64,000 nucleotides of DNA, from positions 64,001 through 128,000 of the forward strand of contig JBNKBE010000001.1 of the NCBI GenBank assembly GCA_050287085.1, written 5' to 3'. How positions within the stretch are numbered: position 1 is the first letter of the stretch; every line of letters starts with the position of its first letter. Origin of the DNA: Polyangiaceae bacterium. Its GTDB lineage: Bacteria > Myxococcota_A > Polyangia > Polyangiales > Polyangiaceae. The notes beneath the pieces are model-generated. The model made no database searches and was not told the origin of the DNA. It saw only the letters and a program-made list of their open reading frames with translations. Shown in pieces: positions 1 to 11,658 of the stretch. A program made the position numbers and the translations under genes.

Positions 1-642
1 GTTGCACTTGCCCGGATCGCGCACGAATCCGTAGGGAAATGGGAGCAGCCGCGGCCCCTCACAGCTCATCGTCCACTCGCTCTCGGTGCAGAGGCGCTTT
101 CCGACTGCGGCACATTTGACCTGCGCCTGATAGAAGTTATTCATCACCTCGGGACGTTCTCCCGCAAGGTTTGGCCACGCAAAGCGGTCCACGCAAAAAC
201 GCTTCGGTACGCGCTTGCCGACGCACTCTGCCTCGGGGGCAAATTCCTCGCAAACCTCCTTCTTATTCGCAGGAGCATACCAATGCTTGACGCAGCGGTG
301 TTCAACTTGGGTGCAGTAGTCACCCTCGACCAGCACCATCTCCTCCGGACAGGCCGAGGGCTTGCCGGGAGCCCCGTTTTCGATACTCGTGGCAGACGAC
401 TCTGACGCCGCAGCGGCCCCCCCGGAGCCCAGCGGGGGTGACACGTCCGTCCCCGACAGCGATGAACCGCCGTCGTGAACCCGCGACGCCGCACGGAGCG
501 GAAGGGAACTGGCCGCCGACTCCGCGCTCATGGGGGGCGCGGCGACCGTCCCATCTGCAGCGCCGACAGGCTCAGGGGTCCGATGCGCGCAGGCGCAGAC
601 CGAGGCAGCCAGGACCCACTTGAAAAAAAGGCGCTCCTTCAT
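1..642 (-). CDS. SUMF1/FGE-sulfatase-like domain protein, probable lipoprotein (3' partial, runs off window start)
   Basis: Not in the ORF track. Manual translation from ATG at 642: [18 protein letters not shown]...[13 protein letters not shown]...[48 protein letters not shown]...FPYG. The CP-x-M-V-x-V-x-G, KRLCTExEW and FPYG motifs fit the FGE-sulfatase fold. Confidence 0.8.
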   Translation of the reverse strand, partial: MKERLFFKWVLAASVCACAHRTPEPVGAADGTVAAPPMSAESAASSLPLRAASRVHDGGSSLSGTDVSPPLGSGGAAAASESSATSIENGAPGKPSACPEEMVLVEGDYCTQVEHRCVKHWYAPANKKEVCEEFAPEAECVGKRVPKRFCVDRFAWPNLAGERPEVMNNFYQAQVKCAAVGKRLCTESEWTMSCEGPRLLPFPYGFVRDPGKCN

Positions 643-761
643 GCTCACGGTGTAGCGAGTACTCGAACGGCCGTCGAGACCACAAGCGGAGGCCGGACCC
701 CATGGGCCAAGCCAGATCCAGACTGGCGAACCCACGGCTGAGGTGCCAGTATCGCCGCCCC

Positions 762-2804
<2,043 letters not shown>

Positions 2805-2862
2805 CGCAGTCGGAGCGCTTGTCCCCTCGCAATCCGATGCCGCCGGCGACGGACCGGGGGGC

Positions 2863-3819
2863 TTACACCTGCCGAGTTTCTTCCCCCGCCACCAACGACA
2901 GTGGCGTGCTTCCGTGATTTCCGAAACGAACGACCAGCTCCACGCGGGAGCGCACATCCAACTTGCGATATATCGCCTTGAGATGATTGCGAACCGTATG
3001 CGGACTGATGAACAACTGCCGAGCGACGGCTGGAACCTCTCCACCCGTCAATACCCGGACCAAGACCTCGAACTCCCTCCGCGTCAGATGCTTGACCTGC
3101 GGATGAAAGCGCGCGAATGCGCCTTGCTGCGCTGACGTGGCCCTTGCCCCTGGGGTCGGCGTCATATGACCTTCAGACATAGGCGCACCCGAAAGGGCCT
3201 GCCCGCTTAGGGCAGCTCCTGGCCCCCATGGAACAGGGCTTGAATCCGCATGCCGTGCGCTTGGAAATGCTGCGCCAACAAGCGCGGCGCTCGTTCCCAC
3301 GCTCCCGGCGGGCTTCGATCCGACGCGGCCGGCGGCCATCGCTTCACTCGACATCGTGCCGCCGGAGACTGCTGCATGATACGAAGCAAGAGGCCGGAGT
3401 GCGTGCACATCGGTCGTTCGCTGCTCTCGCTCATCAACGGCGACGCGAACCTCTTCCAGTAATTCGTAAAGTCCGAAGGGTTTAACCAGGTAAGCTGCAA
3501 TCCGCAACTTGACCGATGAAATGGCGGATTCGAGCGTCGGGAATCCGGTCATCAGAATAACCGCTGGCGGGTGGCCCAGTGCTTGCGACTTGCGTACGAG
3601 CTGCAACTCGGCGTTGCCCCGCAAGCGAATGTCTGCGACGAGGACATCGACGAAGCCCGTTTCCAGCTCTCGCCGCGCCTCCTCATCAGACGTCGCGCAG
3701 GTTACGTCGTAGCCTGCATGGCGAAGCCCCTCGGCCAATTCCGACATGAACGACAGCTGCTCATCGGCGAGCAGGACTCGGTAGCGCCGACTCGGCCACT
3801 CGTTGAATGTCAATGTCAT
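2863..3819 (-). CDS. Response regulator, receiver domain + LuxR-type HTH
   Basis: REC motifs VLLADE, VLVADIRL, ILMTG and YLVKPF. C-terminal LTRREFEVL...VARQLFISPHTVRNHLKAIYRKLDV. Start at 3819 follows a GGAG. Confidence 0.88.
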   Translation of the reverse strand: MTLTFNEWPSRRYRVLLADEQLSFMSELAEGLRHAGYDVTCATSDEEARRELETGFVDVLVADIRLRGNAELQLVRKSQALGHPPAVILMTGFPTLESAISSVKLRIAAYLVKPFGLYELLEEVRVAVDEREQRTTDVHALRPLASYHAAVSGGTMSSEAMAAGRVGSKPAGSVGTSAALVGAAFPSARHADSSPVPWGPGAALSGQALSGAPMSEGHMTPTPGARATSAQQGAFARFHPQVKHLTRREFEVLVRVLTGGEVPAVARQLFISPHTVRNHLKAIYRKLDVRSRVELVVRFGNHGSTPLSLVAGEETRQV

Positions 3820-4264
3820 CGCTCCAAATCTCCGGGTCGAGCTGCGAGCCATTGCGGGCCCGCTTCGATAGCCTTCCGGGATCCCCAAAAGCACGCTAGC
3901 TTCGAGGCATTCGTCGACGGGCACTCCATGCGAGCACTCCACCCACGCTCCCCCACCTCCGGTGAACCACTCGCCTCGAATGAACTCCCCGTCGCATGGG
4001 CGACCCTTCGCCTTGGTCGAAACCCAGTGGGCCCCGGCCACGCCCGACTTGGGACTCCTTCTCCCTCCCGGACCCGCTGACGGTGCCAGAATGCCGGCTG
4101 GTTTTCAACCGCCCAGCGCCAGCACCAGCCGCGAGGGCCCACGCGTTCCGTTGTGGGATCCAGTCTCGCTCCGAGCAGAATACCTGGCCGCACGACCCGC
4201 GGACAGAAACCTCAGCGACCGAACGTTCCAATCATAACGTCACGCTCGCTCCGAACGGAATCGA

Positions 4265-5311
4265 TCAGGTTGCGGCCTGCGGCCGCCGCAGTGCCGCAAA
4301 GGCTGCGCTGAGTCGTCCGTCATCACCGGCCAGTGACGTACACTCCGCCACGAGCTCAAGTACGCGACCGCGCGGCAACTTCACCCTCTCCCCGGCTACC
4401 AAGAGCTTGCCTGACGTGCGACACGCCTCCAAGGTGCAGACGGCGAGCCAAAGCGGAATCAGAAGAAAGCTCCTAACGGCGGTATGCCGCGCGGGAATTG
4501 CGAGACAGTACTCAAACGCGGCGTCCAGGTGTGCTTGTGCAGCCTCAAATAGAGGCATGAGCGCACGCCGTGCCGCCTCTTCACGACGCGGGCTGAGCAG
4601 CTCTCCGGGACCGAGTCCTTGCTCGCTCAGCAAGGTGCGCGGAATGAACGAGTGCTTGCGCGCCAGGTCCTCTCCAATGTCGCGCAGAATGTTGACCAGC
4701 TGAAGCCCCGCTCCAAAGCGCTCGGCCTGCTTGTGCAACACGCGCTCGCGCTCTGCTTCGAGCGGTCCCAACACTTCCACGAAGATGGCTGTGAGCAAAC
4801 GCCCTATCGTTCCCGCTACAAAGTAGCAATACCGTTCGAGATCGGACAAGCCGAGCAGACATACGATCCCGTCTCTTCCCGGTGTGCGTTGCGAGTACAA
4901 GGCCATTCCGCGAGTGAGCTCCGCGACCCAAAGCCGACACTCGCGTTGAAGCGCAGGGGGCACAGTCGCCAAACACGCCAACACGCGTCCCAGCTGCAGC
5001 ATCAGAGAGTAGTCCTCATGTGCAAGCGCGGCATCTTCGACCAGCGGGGCAGCTCGCAGCTCTACCACGAAATGCGTGAGGGACGAATCCGCCTGCGGCT
5101 CAGCGAGCACGTCCAGTAGCGCCCGGTAGAGCCGGTCCTTTTCTGGCGGAGCCCAAGCCTCAGTATCCTCGATGCAGTCAGCGACCCGGCACAGGAGATA
5201 GGCACACGTAACGGCGCGTTCGATTGGCTCTGGAAGGAGTGCAATCGGAATCGCAAACGTCCGCGAGTGCGCCCGAAGCGCCTGCTGACAGAATGACCAG
5301 TCAGAAGTCAC
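4265..5311 (-). CDS. Squalene/phytoene synthase family protein (squalene synthase-like)
   Basis: HSRTFAIPI, YLLCRVADCIED, DLERYCYFVAGTIG and LQLVNILRDIGED motifs of head-to-head prenyltransferases. GTG start at 5311 chosen; the ORF extends to 5332. Confidence 0.88.
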   Translation of the reverse strand: MTSDWSFCQQALRAHSRTFAIPIALLPEPIERAVTCAYLLCRVADCIEDTEAWAPPEKDRLYRALLDVLAEPQADSSLTHFVVELRAAPLVEDAALAHEDYSLMLQLGRVLACLATVPPALQRECRLWVAELTRGMALYSQRTPGRDGIVCLLGLSDLERYCYFVAGTIGRLLTAIFVEVLGPLEAERERVLHKQAERFGAGLQLVNILRDIGEDLARKHSFIPRTLLSEQGLGPGELLSPRREEAARRALMPLFEAAQAHLDAAFEYCLAIPARHTAVRSFLLIPLWLAVCTLEACRTSGKLLVAGERVKLPRGRVLELVAECTSLAGDDGRLSAAFAALRRPQAAT

Positions 5312-5739
5312 GGCGCAGCTATACACCCGCAACGCACGGACCCCTAATGCAGCCCGCGCAAGCAGACGTCTGGACGACCGTTCGGGTTTCTGTGCCAGCG
5401 AGGAGCGCCCTGCATGAACGGTCCCAGGTCCACGAAGCGCACTCTTTCCCGTTCACCCTGCGCGACCTATGGTTCCCGCCCTGGCACACGCTCCGCCCAA
5501 GCGCCCCAATCAACGCCCCCAGATCCCGTATTGGCGGAGAATTCCCGGATTGTACCCCATTCCAGGGTCTCCGCTGGCAGAGGGCTCCCGCGGGGCCGTT
5601 CGCCTCGGTATCGTTCGGCCTCGTCTCCGTACCCCGTCGTTGGACTCGAGCCGGCCGACGTGAAACTCTTCGCTCCGACCGATTCGTGGTTGCGAACCAA
5701 GACCGCGTCGGCGCAGGGTACCTCCGTGGTGCTTTTGCC

Positions 5740-7455
5740 TTGAAACCTCGCACTCCAAGCATCGGCTTCATCGTCAACGACTTGGCGGGCGACTACCAGC
5801 GCCGGATCCTCGACGGACTTCTGGCCGCTGCCGAAGAGCGGGGAGTGCGCATCGTATCCCTCGTCGGCGGCCCATTCGGAGCTCGAGACGGAGCGGCTCA
5901 CCAGGCACAACTGTACAGCTGCGTCAGCCAAGAACAACTCGACGGTCTTGTCCTGGTCACAGGGGTGCTGAGTGGCCAAGTCCGCCCAACGGCTCTCGCC
6001 GGATTCGTTGCCGGCTTTGGTCCGTTGCCGCTCTGCAGTGTGGGCGTGGCTCTGCCAGCATTTCCGAGCATCACCGTGGACAATGCGGCTGGCGGGCGCC
6101 TGGCGTTCCGCCACCTCGTCGAACGCGGCCGGCGCCGCATTGCCTTTTTGCGAGGCCCCAAGAACAATCCCGAGGCGGAGGCACGTTTTGAGGTCTACAA
6201 GCGCATGCTGGTGGAAAGCCACCTGCCCCTCGACCTGGACCTGGTAACCGAGGGGGAATTTGACGCGGCGTCAGGTCGGCGAGCCATCGCGACGTTACTC
6301 GACGAGCGACACGCCGCTTTTGACGCGGTTATGGGTGCCAACGATCTGCTTGCGCTAGGCGCCATGAACGCGCTGCTCGAACGCAACGTCGCGATCCCCC
6401 AACGGGTGAGCATCATCGGTTTCGACGATATCGAGGCGGCTCGCTTTGCTACGGCGCCCCTGACAACGGTGCGTCAACCGCTGGCCGCCATGGGGCGAGC
6501 CGCACTGGAAAGCGTTCTGCAGCAGTTGTCCACGCCCGGCGTTGTCTCCAATCAGACCCTCCCGGCGGAGTTGGTTGTGCGCGAGTCGACCGCCCACCCG
6601 CTGACTGAGAGCTGGGCCCCCCCACCCCACACGCCAACAGAGCATTCCTCCGGCGCCCTGGCCATAGCTCTGCGGCAGGACGTCGCCGAGTTGTCGGCCC
6701 AAGTACACCAACAGAGCGGCTCCCCGTTGGCCTTCAGTCGCCGCCTGTGCGAGACATTCATTCACGAGCTGGTACGGGAACGGCGCGGTATTCTTCCGCA
6801 GCAGAGCTTTCAGCAGCTGCTCGAACAAGAACTGCGCCACGCACTCGAGACGGACGGCGATGGCACCCGACTGCAACTGGAGCTCTCGGCTCTCCGCTGT
6901 GTGATCGGACCACGCCTGGAAGACTTCCCCGCGGAACTGAGCAAAGCCGAAAACATCTGGCACGAAGCCCGCACCCGCTGCAGCGCACTCGCCCAACGCT
7001 ACCACGTACAAAGGCGCTTGCAGTCTGAGTTCTGGTTTCACTCGATGCAGGAAGGCGGAGCTCGCCTGCTGCGATGCCACTCCTGGTCGTCGTTGGTCGA
7101 CACGGCGGCGCGAGAGCTGCCGGATCTCGGGATCACGACGTGCTACCTGTGTACGACCAACGATGGCAACGCCAACTGCCTCCGTTTTGCGATGGAGAAA
7201 GGAACCGTCTTGGACGTTTCCGGAATTGAGCCATTCCCTGCCGAATGGCTGTTGCCTGCTTCGCTTGCGAGCGGCGCCACACGCTTGATCGCCTACTCGC
7301 TATACGACGAGAGCTGTGCGTTCGGTCACGTTGTGTTCGCGTTGGAACAGCTTGATACGTCGGGTTATGAGCTGCTCCGGGACTACCTGACCGGGGCCGT
7401 TCGTGGATTGCTCGATAGAGACCCCCCAATGAATACCGGGAAAGCGCCTCGGTGA
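5740..7455 (+). CDS. LacI-type sugar-binding (periplasmic-binding-protein fold) sensor without HTH
   Basis: VDNAAGG, HLVERGRRRIAFLRGP, ANDLLALGAM, IIGFDD, PLTTVRQP and LVVREST motifs. Start uncertain (TTG at 5740 chosen); the ORF-track extension to 5224 overlaps the divergent gene. Confidence 0.8.
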   Translation: MKPRTPSIGFIVNDLAGDYQRRILDGLLAAAEERGVRIVSLVGGPFGARDGAAHQAQLYSCVSQEQLDGLVLVTGVLSGQVRPTALAGFVAGFGPLPLCSVGVALPAFPSITVDNAAGGRLAFRHLVERGRRRIAFLRGPKNNPEAEARFEVYKRMLVESHLPLDLDLVTEGEFDAASGRRAIATLLDERHAAFDAVMGANDLLALGAMNALLERNVAIPQRVSIIGFDDIEAARFATAPLTTVRQPLAAMGRAALESVLQQLSTPGVVSNQTLPAELVVRESTAHPLTESWAPPPHTPTEHSSGALAIALRQDVAELSAQVHQQSGSPLAFSRRLCETFIHELVRERRGILPQQSFQQLLEQELRHALETDGDGTRLQLELSALRCVIGPRLEDFPAELSKAENIWHEARTRCSALAQRYHVQRRLQSEFWFHSMQEGGARLLRCHSWSSLVDTAARELPDLGITTCYLCTTNDGNANCLRFAMEKGTVLDVSGIEPFPAEWLLPASLASGATRLIAYSLYDESCAFGHVVFALEQLDTSGYELLRDYLTGAVRGLLDRDPPMNTGKAPR

Positions 7456-7886
7456 TGAGCGCCTCACCTCTTGGGCAGAGCTCAAACGCACCGTCTTGTG
7501 TCGGCTGCGGCGCCTGCTGTGCCCCCACTGCGTCGCTCTCATCCTATGCGGCGGTCAACGAGTTGGACCAGCGCCGATGGTCGCGACGAATGAAAGCAGA
7601 CCTCATCGCCGGAGAGATTCGCTGCGTTCCGCGTCCGGGGGGTGGTTGTCGATGCGTATTCCTCGCGGGTGAACTCGGAAACACCGCGCGCTGCGCCATC
7701 TACTCCGCCAGGCCCTCAGCCTGTCGTCGCTTCGAGTTTGGCTCCGAAGCCTGTCGTGCGGCCAGGGCGGAGGTGCTCGCGCAGGCGCACGACTTCCCGG
7801 CGACCGCCCCGACAGGGCTCACCGCCCCGACACGGGTGCGCGGGGACGACGCAACTCGTACAGCAGTACCGCGGTTGCGGCATTGA
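7452..7886 (+). CDS. YkgJ family CxxCxxCC cysteine-cluster protein
   Basis: CVGCGACC ... CRCVFL ... CAIYSARPSACRRF. The start abuts or overlaps the upstream stop (GTGATGA). Confidence 0.82.
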   Translation: MMSASPLGQSSNAPSCVGCGACCAPTASLSSYAAVNELDQRRWSRRMKADLIAGEIRCVPRPGGGCRCVFLAGELGNTARCAIYSARPSACRRFEFGSEACRAARAEVLAQAHDFPATAPTGLTAPTRVRGDDATRTAVPRLRH

Positions 7887-8631
7887 CCGAAAACGAATCG
7901 GCGCCCGCGGGCATCGGAATCGTGACCGCATGTTCACAGCTTTCCTGCACCGCCTCCGAAAGGCCTCGGGCTTCACTGCCGACGATCAAGGCCCCGCTCG
8001 ACAGTGGCGGTACCCGCCACGGAGCCACTCCCCCACGGGCAACGGCCGCAACACGAGCCAGGGCTCCAAGCTCGGACGCGACCCACATCGGCTTCGGCTC
8101 AAACGCCGTTGGCAACCGAAACACGCTGCCCATAGAAGTACGAATAGCCTTCGGATGCCAGGGGTCGCTCGCGCCCACAGCGACCACGCCGGTAGCCCCG
8201 CCAGCCAGCGCCGTGCGCACGAGGGCGCCCACGTTTCCGGGCTCCTCGACGTCGACCAGCACCAACAGAACCCCTCCGTGGTCGCGTGTAGTAGCGACCA
8301 ATTCGAAACTCGATTGATTGGGTCTGGCCTTCACCAATCCCACCGCGTTGGCCCCGCGCTCCGCACACAAGTCCCGCCAGACATCCGCATCCAGCCGGAA
8401 CTCTTGATCCTGCTCAAGCCAACGAGCGAGCGCCGGCCAGCGCTCATTCGAAAGGACGTAGCCGCGGGGCAAGAACAGGTACTGGAGCGACCATCCAGCG
8501 CGCAACGCGCGCTCAATCTGCCGCTCGCCCTCGACCAGCACGACCCCGCTCTGGCGGCGTCCGGCTCGACTTTGCGCCTTCCGGGCTCGCTCTAGGGCCG
8601 AGGCACAGCGCCCGGCATCCGCTCCGTTCAC
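7819..8631 (-). CDS. TrmH/SpoU family RNA 2'-O-methyltransferase
   Basis: EPGNVGALVRTA, KAIRTSMGS, IVGSEARGLS and IPM...SFSVNAA SPOUT motifs. The GTG start overlaps the osmC stop (GTGA). Confidence 0.9.
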   Translation of the reverse strand: MNGADAGRCASALERARKAQSRAGRRQSGVVLVEGERQIERALRAGWSLQYLFLPRGYVLSNERWPALARWLEQDQEFRLDADVWRDLCAERGANAVGLVKARPNQSSFELVATTRDHGGVLLVLVDVEEPGNVGALVRTALAGGATGVVAVGASDPWHPKAIRTSMGSVFRLPTAFEPKPMWVASELGALARVAAVARGGVAPWRVPPLSSGALIVGSEARGLSEAVQESCEHAVTIPMPAGADSFSVNAATAVLLYELRRPRAPVSGR

Positions 8632-9050
8632 GCGCCGAGAAGGGAAGCCTGAAGAGAGATATCCGTGCCGGCAAAAAGACGCGAAATCGGACATTTCGCT
8701 TTCGCGGCAGCTGCCAACTCCTGGAACTTCTCCTCAGTGATGCCGTCCACACGTACCTCGCACTTCAATTGAATATGCGTGATCTTTGGACCGTCGTCGT
8801 TCCCAAGCTCCACCGCTGCGTTGGTGTCGACGCTTTGCGGAACAAGCCCCTCCTTGCTGAGCAGAGCGGAAAGAAACATCGAGTAGCAACCGGCGTGTGC
8901 GGCCGCCACGAGTTCTTCCGGATTGGTACCTTCCCCGGACTCGAATCGAGAGGCGAACGTAAACGGGCCTTCTACTTGGCCGTAGCGCATCGTTCCACGC
9001 CCTTCTTTCAGGGTCCCTTGCCATTGGGCACTAGCGTTTCTGGTCGTCAT
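8628..9050 (-). CDS. osmC: OsmC family peroxiredoxin
   Basis: WQGTLKEGRG, FASRFE...GTNPEELVAAAHAGCYSM and AKAKCPIS, with both catalytic cysteines present. Confidence 0.93.
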   Translation of the reverse strand: MTTRNASAQWQGTLKEGRGTMRYGQVEGPFTFASRFESGEGTNPEELVAAAHAGCYSMFLSALLSKEGLVPQSVDTNAAVELGNDDGPKITHIQLKCEVRVDGITEEKFQELAAAAKAKCPISRLFAGTDISLQASLLGA

Positions 9051-9165
9051 CTCATTTCCTCTCTATTTGGAATTGCTGCAAGACCGCGCACGACAAGCCT
9101 TGTTGCTCGCCAGCGCCGCCGCCGCAGCGACTGCATGCATCACAGGCCCTATCGGCACCAGGGCT

Positions 9166-9263
9166 TAGGGCTCGGGAACGTCATACTACGCCAGCCGAGC
9201 CTTCTGCGGTGACGGGCGGGCTCGACCGGCTCGCAACTGACTTGCCCATCCGCTCGCCCTTTA
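9166..9263 (-). repeat. Short dispersed MITE/REP-like element, copy A
   Basis: Minus strand reads TAAAGGGCGAGCGGATGGGCAAGTCAGTTGCGAGCCGGTCGAG...GTAGTATGACGTTCCCGAGCCCTA. It begins at the thrC stop. The head matches the 14751 and 26899 copies; the tail matches the 26899 copy. Confidence 0.65.
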
Positions 9264-10589
9264 GCTCGGAAAGTGCTTGGCGATCGCGTCAACCACTTGA
9301 CCGTAGTCCGCCGGCAGATTCACCGGCGGATTGGCGTGGTGACTGACGACGTCGTCCAAGTCCCCCTCGTGGTACCGGGCTTTGAACTCGGTAAACTTCA
9401 GACCGTGCGCTGTGGATACGCACACCACTCGTTGATCACTTCCGATCTCCCCGCGGGCGATCAGTTTCTTGAGAGCCGCCAGAGCAACAGCCGTGTGTGG
9501 ACACGTATACATGCCTGTCGCGTCGGCTTCCGCTGCCACATCGGCCAGCTCCTGCTCGGAAGCCTGCTCGACGATCCCATTCATGGCGGCCAGTGCGCGC
9601 AAAGCGCGCGGGGCACTCACCGGATTACCAATCTGGATGGCGCTTGCCTGCGTCGGCTTAGCAGTAATCGGCACTACCGGGTCATGTCCCGCCACAAAGG
9701 CGCGATACAAGGGATTGGCGTTCTCAGCCTGTGCCACCACCAGGCGCGGAAAGCGGTTGATAACGCCCAAGTCCATCATCATCTGAAATCCAGAATACAG
9801 GGCAGATGCGTTACCTAGATTACCCCCTGGAATGATGATCCAGTCGGGCACCTCCCAATCAAATTGCTGTACGACTTCAATCCCGACGGTTTTCTGGCCC
9901 TCCAAGCGCAGCGGGTTCATCGAATTGGCCAAATACACCAATCCTTCCTCCGCCAAACGCTGGATGATTGCCATGCAGCCGTCGAAATCCGTGTCCAGCC
10001 CAAGCACAAGAGCGCGGTGGGCAATCGGCTGAAGGAGCTGCCCGGTGGAAATCTTTCCACGCGGCAACAACACCACCACCGGAAGGCCCGCGGCGGCCCC
10101 ATATGCAGCAAGGCTCGCGCTCGTATCCCCGGTGGAAGCACACGCCAGCGCCTTCACCTTGAGCCCCTGAGAAATCGCCTGATTGACGACGCTCACCAAC
10201 ACGGTCATTCCAAGATCTTTGAAGGAACCTGTATGACTGTTGCCGCACAACTTGACCCAAAGGTCGCTGACCCCAAGCTGGCTTCCTAGACGCTCGGCCC
10301 AAAACAGGTTGCTCTGGCCTTCGCCCATCGAGACGATCTTGTCGTCCCGCATCATGGGCATGACCCATTCGCGCTTTCCCCAAACCCCCGAGCCGTAGGG
10401 CCACATGGTCCCACCGTAGCGCTCATCAAAAAGCTTAACCCAGGCCGCTCCAGATCGACGCTTGAGCGCGTCGATGTCGTGCGCCACCTGGAGCAAGCCC
10501 CCACAGCTCGGACAACGGTACATGGCCGTGGTAACGGGCCAAGCGCCAGCACAACCTTGAAGACATCGAAATTCGGCGGAATACGACAC
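9261..10589 (-). CDS. thrC: Threonine synthase, plant-type
   Basis: [10 protein letters not shown] (PLP lysine), [27 protein letters not shown] and [11 protein letters not shown] start at 10589 chosen; the ORF extends to 10616. Confidence 0.95.
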   Translation of the reverse strand: MSYSAEFRCLQGCAGAWPVTTAMYRCPSCGGLLQVAHDIDALKRRSGAAWVKLFDERYGGTMWPYGSGVWGKREWVMPMMRDDKIVSMGEGQSNLFWAERLGSQLGVSDLWVKLCGNSHTGSFKDLGMTVLVSVVNQAISQGLKVKALACASTGDTSASLAAYGAAAGLPVVVLLPRGKISTGQLLQPIAHRALVLGLDTDFDGCMAIIQRLAEEGLVYLANSMNPLRLEGQKTVGIEVVQQFDWEVPDWIIIPGGNLGNASALYSGFQMMMDLGVINRFPRLVVAQAENANPLYRAFVAGHDPVVPITAKPTQASAIQIGNPVSAPRALRALAAMNGIVEQASEQELADVAAEADATGMYTCPHTAVALAALKKLIARGEIGSDQRVVCVSTAHGLKFTEFKARYHEGDLDDVVSHHANPPVNLPADYGQVVDAIAKHFPS

Positions 10590-10654
10590 GGGCGGACTAT
10601 ATCCGGGAAGCCTCACATTGCAACCAACTCAAGAAACTGGCGTCGCTGGGGCAA

Positions 10655-11578
10655 ATGGTGGAGACCGCAGCGATGACGGTCCAGGGCCCGCAATCGACTC
10701 GAATCGCGTTCGCGGCCAGGGCTGCCGGCGGCGCGGGCGCCCAAGAACCTGCGCCCTGGGGGGCGCCCCGTCGGCCGAGAAGCAGCTCGGAGCGGACGCC
10801 GAACCGCCTCCTGGGCCTCACTCTGCTGTGCGTGCCGCTGACAACCGGCTGCCATTCGGAGGGGCCGGACGTTTTGGCCGAGCTGCCCGGACCCCGCCCC
10901 GCTCGTGTCCGAGAAGCTCTGAGCACGTATACCCGAATGCAGCTGACAAGCGGGGCGCTGTCGCTGACCTTGCTTCGGGACAAGTCACCTTTTCATCTAG
11001 AGCTGCCTCTTACGTCTGGAGAGCTGCAGTTGGCGGGCCCCACTCTGGGAGCCTCGTCGGGACAATTGCGCTTCGACCTTGCGCACCTGCGCCCAGTGGA
11101 CGCAGCCGACGAGGATGTTGCGCTGCTGCGCCGAGCGCTGTCTCAAACGGTACAGGGCTCTGTGCCTGAGGAGCTGGGTGGCTTTCAGTTGCTGGAAATG
11201 CTCGGTTCGGGAGGTGAGCGCCCGCTGAGCGGAGCCTTAACACCGAGCGACCGCGGCACGCTCGCACGATGGCGCGGCTTGTTGCAGCTGCACGGAGTGC
11301 GCGCGGAACTCGTGCTCGATGTACGACTACACGTTGCACGCGGAGGGGCTCTGGAGAGCCTTGACGTAGAATCGGTGCGTCCGACGCGAATAGACCTCCG
11401 GACCTACGCCCTATCGGCCGCAAACCCTCTCGTCCCAAGCTCCCCACAGGACAGCGAGACCCCTCCGCAGTGGGAAAGACTGTCGGCCCACGGCCGACTC
11501 GAGCTGCGAGCCCACTTCCGCCGCACTGAGCGCTCCGTCACTGCGCCGCCCACGACGCCGAACTCCAGCCGCCCTTAG
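10655..11578 (+). CDS. Putative YceI-like beta-barrel lipoprotein
   Basis: Hydrophobic stretch ending TTGC. SGQLRFDLAHL and GLLQLHGVRAELVLDV resemble YceI strands. Start uncertain. Confidence 0.5.
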   Translation: MVETAAMTVQGPQSTRIAFAARAAGGAGAQEPAPWGAPRRPRSSSERTPNRLLGLTLLCVPLTTGCHSEGPDVLAELPGPRPARVREALSTYTRMQLTSGALSLTLLRDKSPFHLELPLTSGELQLAGPTLGASSGQLRFDLAHLRPVDAADEDVALLRRALSQTVQGSVPEELGGFQLLEMLGSGGERPLSGALTPSDRGTLARWRGLLQLHGVRAELVLDVRLHVARGGALESLDVESVRPTRIDLRTYALSAANPLVPSSPQDSETPPQWERLSAHGRLELRAHFRRTERSVTAPPTTPNSSRP

Positions 11579-11658
11579 GCCGCAAACGCATTCCAGCTCC
11601 CTGGATGCTTTACACGCTCGAGAAATAGCGCTTTTCCTGCGTCCACTTTCACGGCAGA

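Noticed and set aside
5224..5739. N-terminal extension of the LacI-type ORF
   Set aside because: It overlaps the divergent squalene synthase start and reads as non-domain sequence with no HTH.
7642..8595. 317-aa plus-strand ORF
   Set aside because: Antisense shadow of the TrmH gene; Arg/Pro-rich with no motifs.
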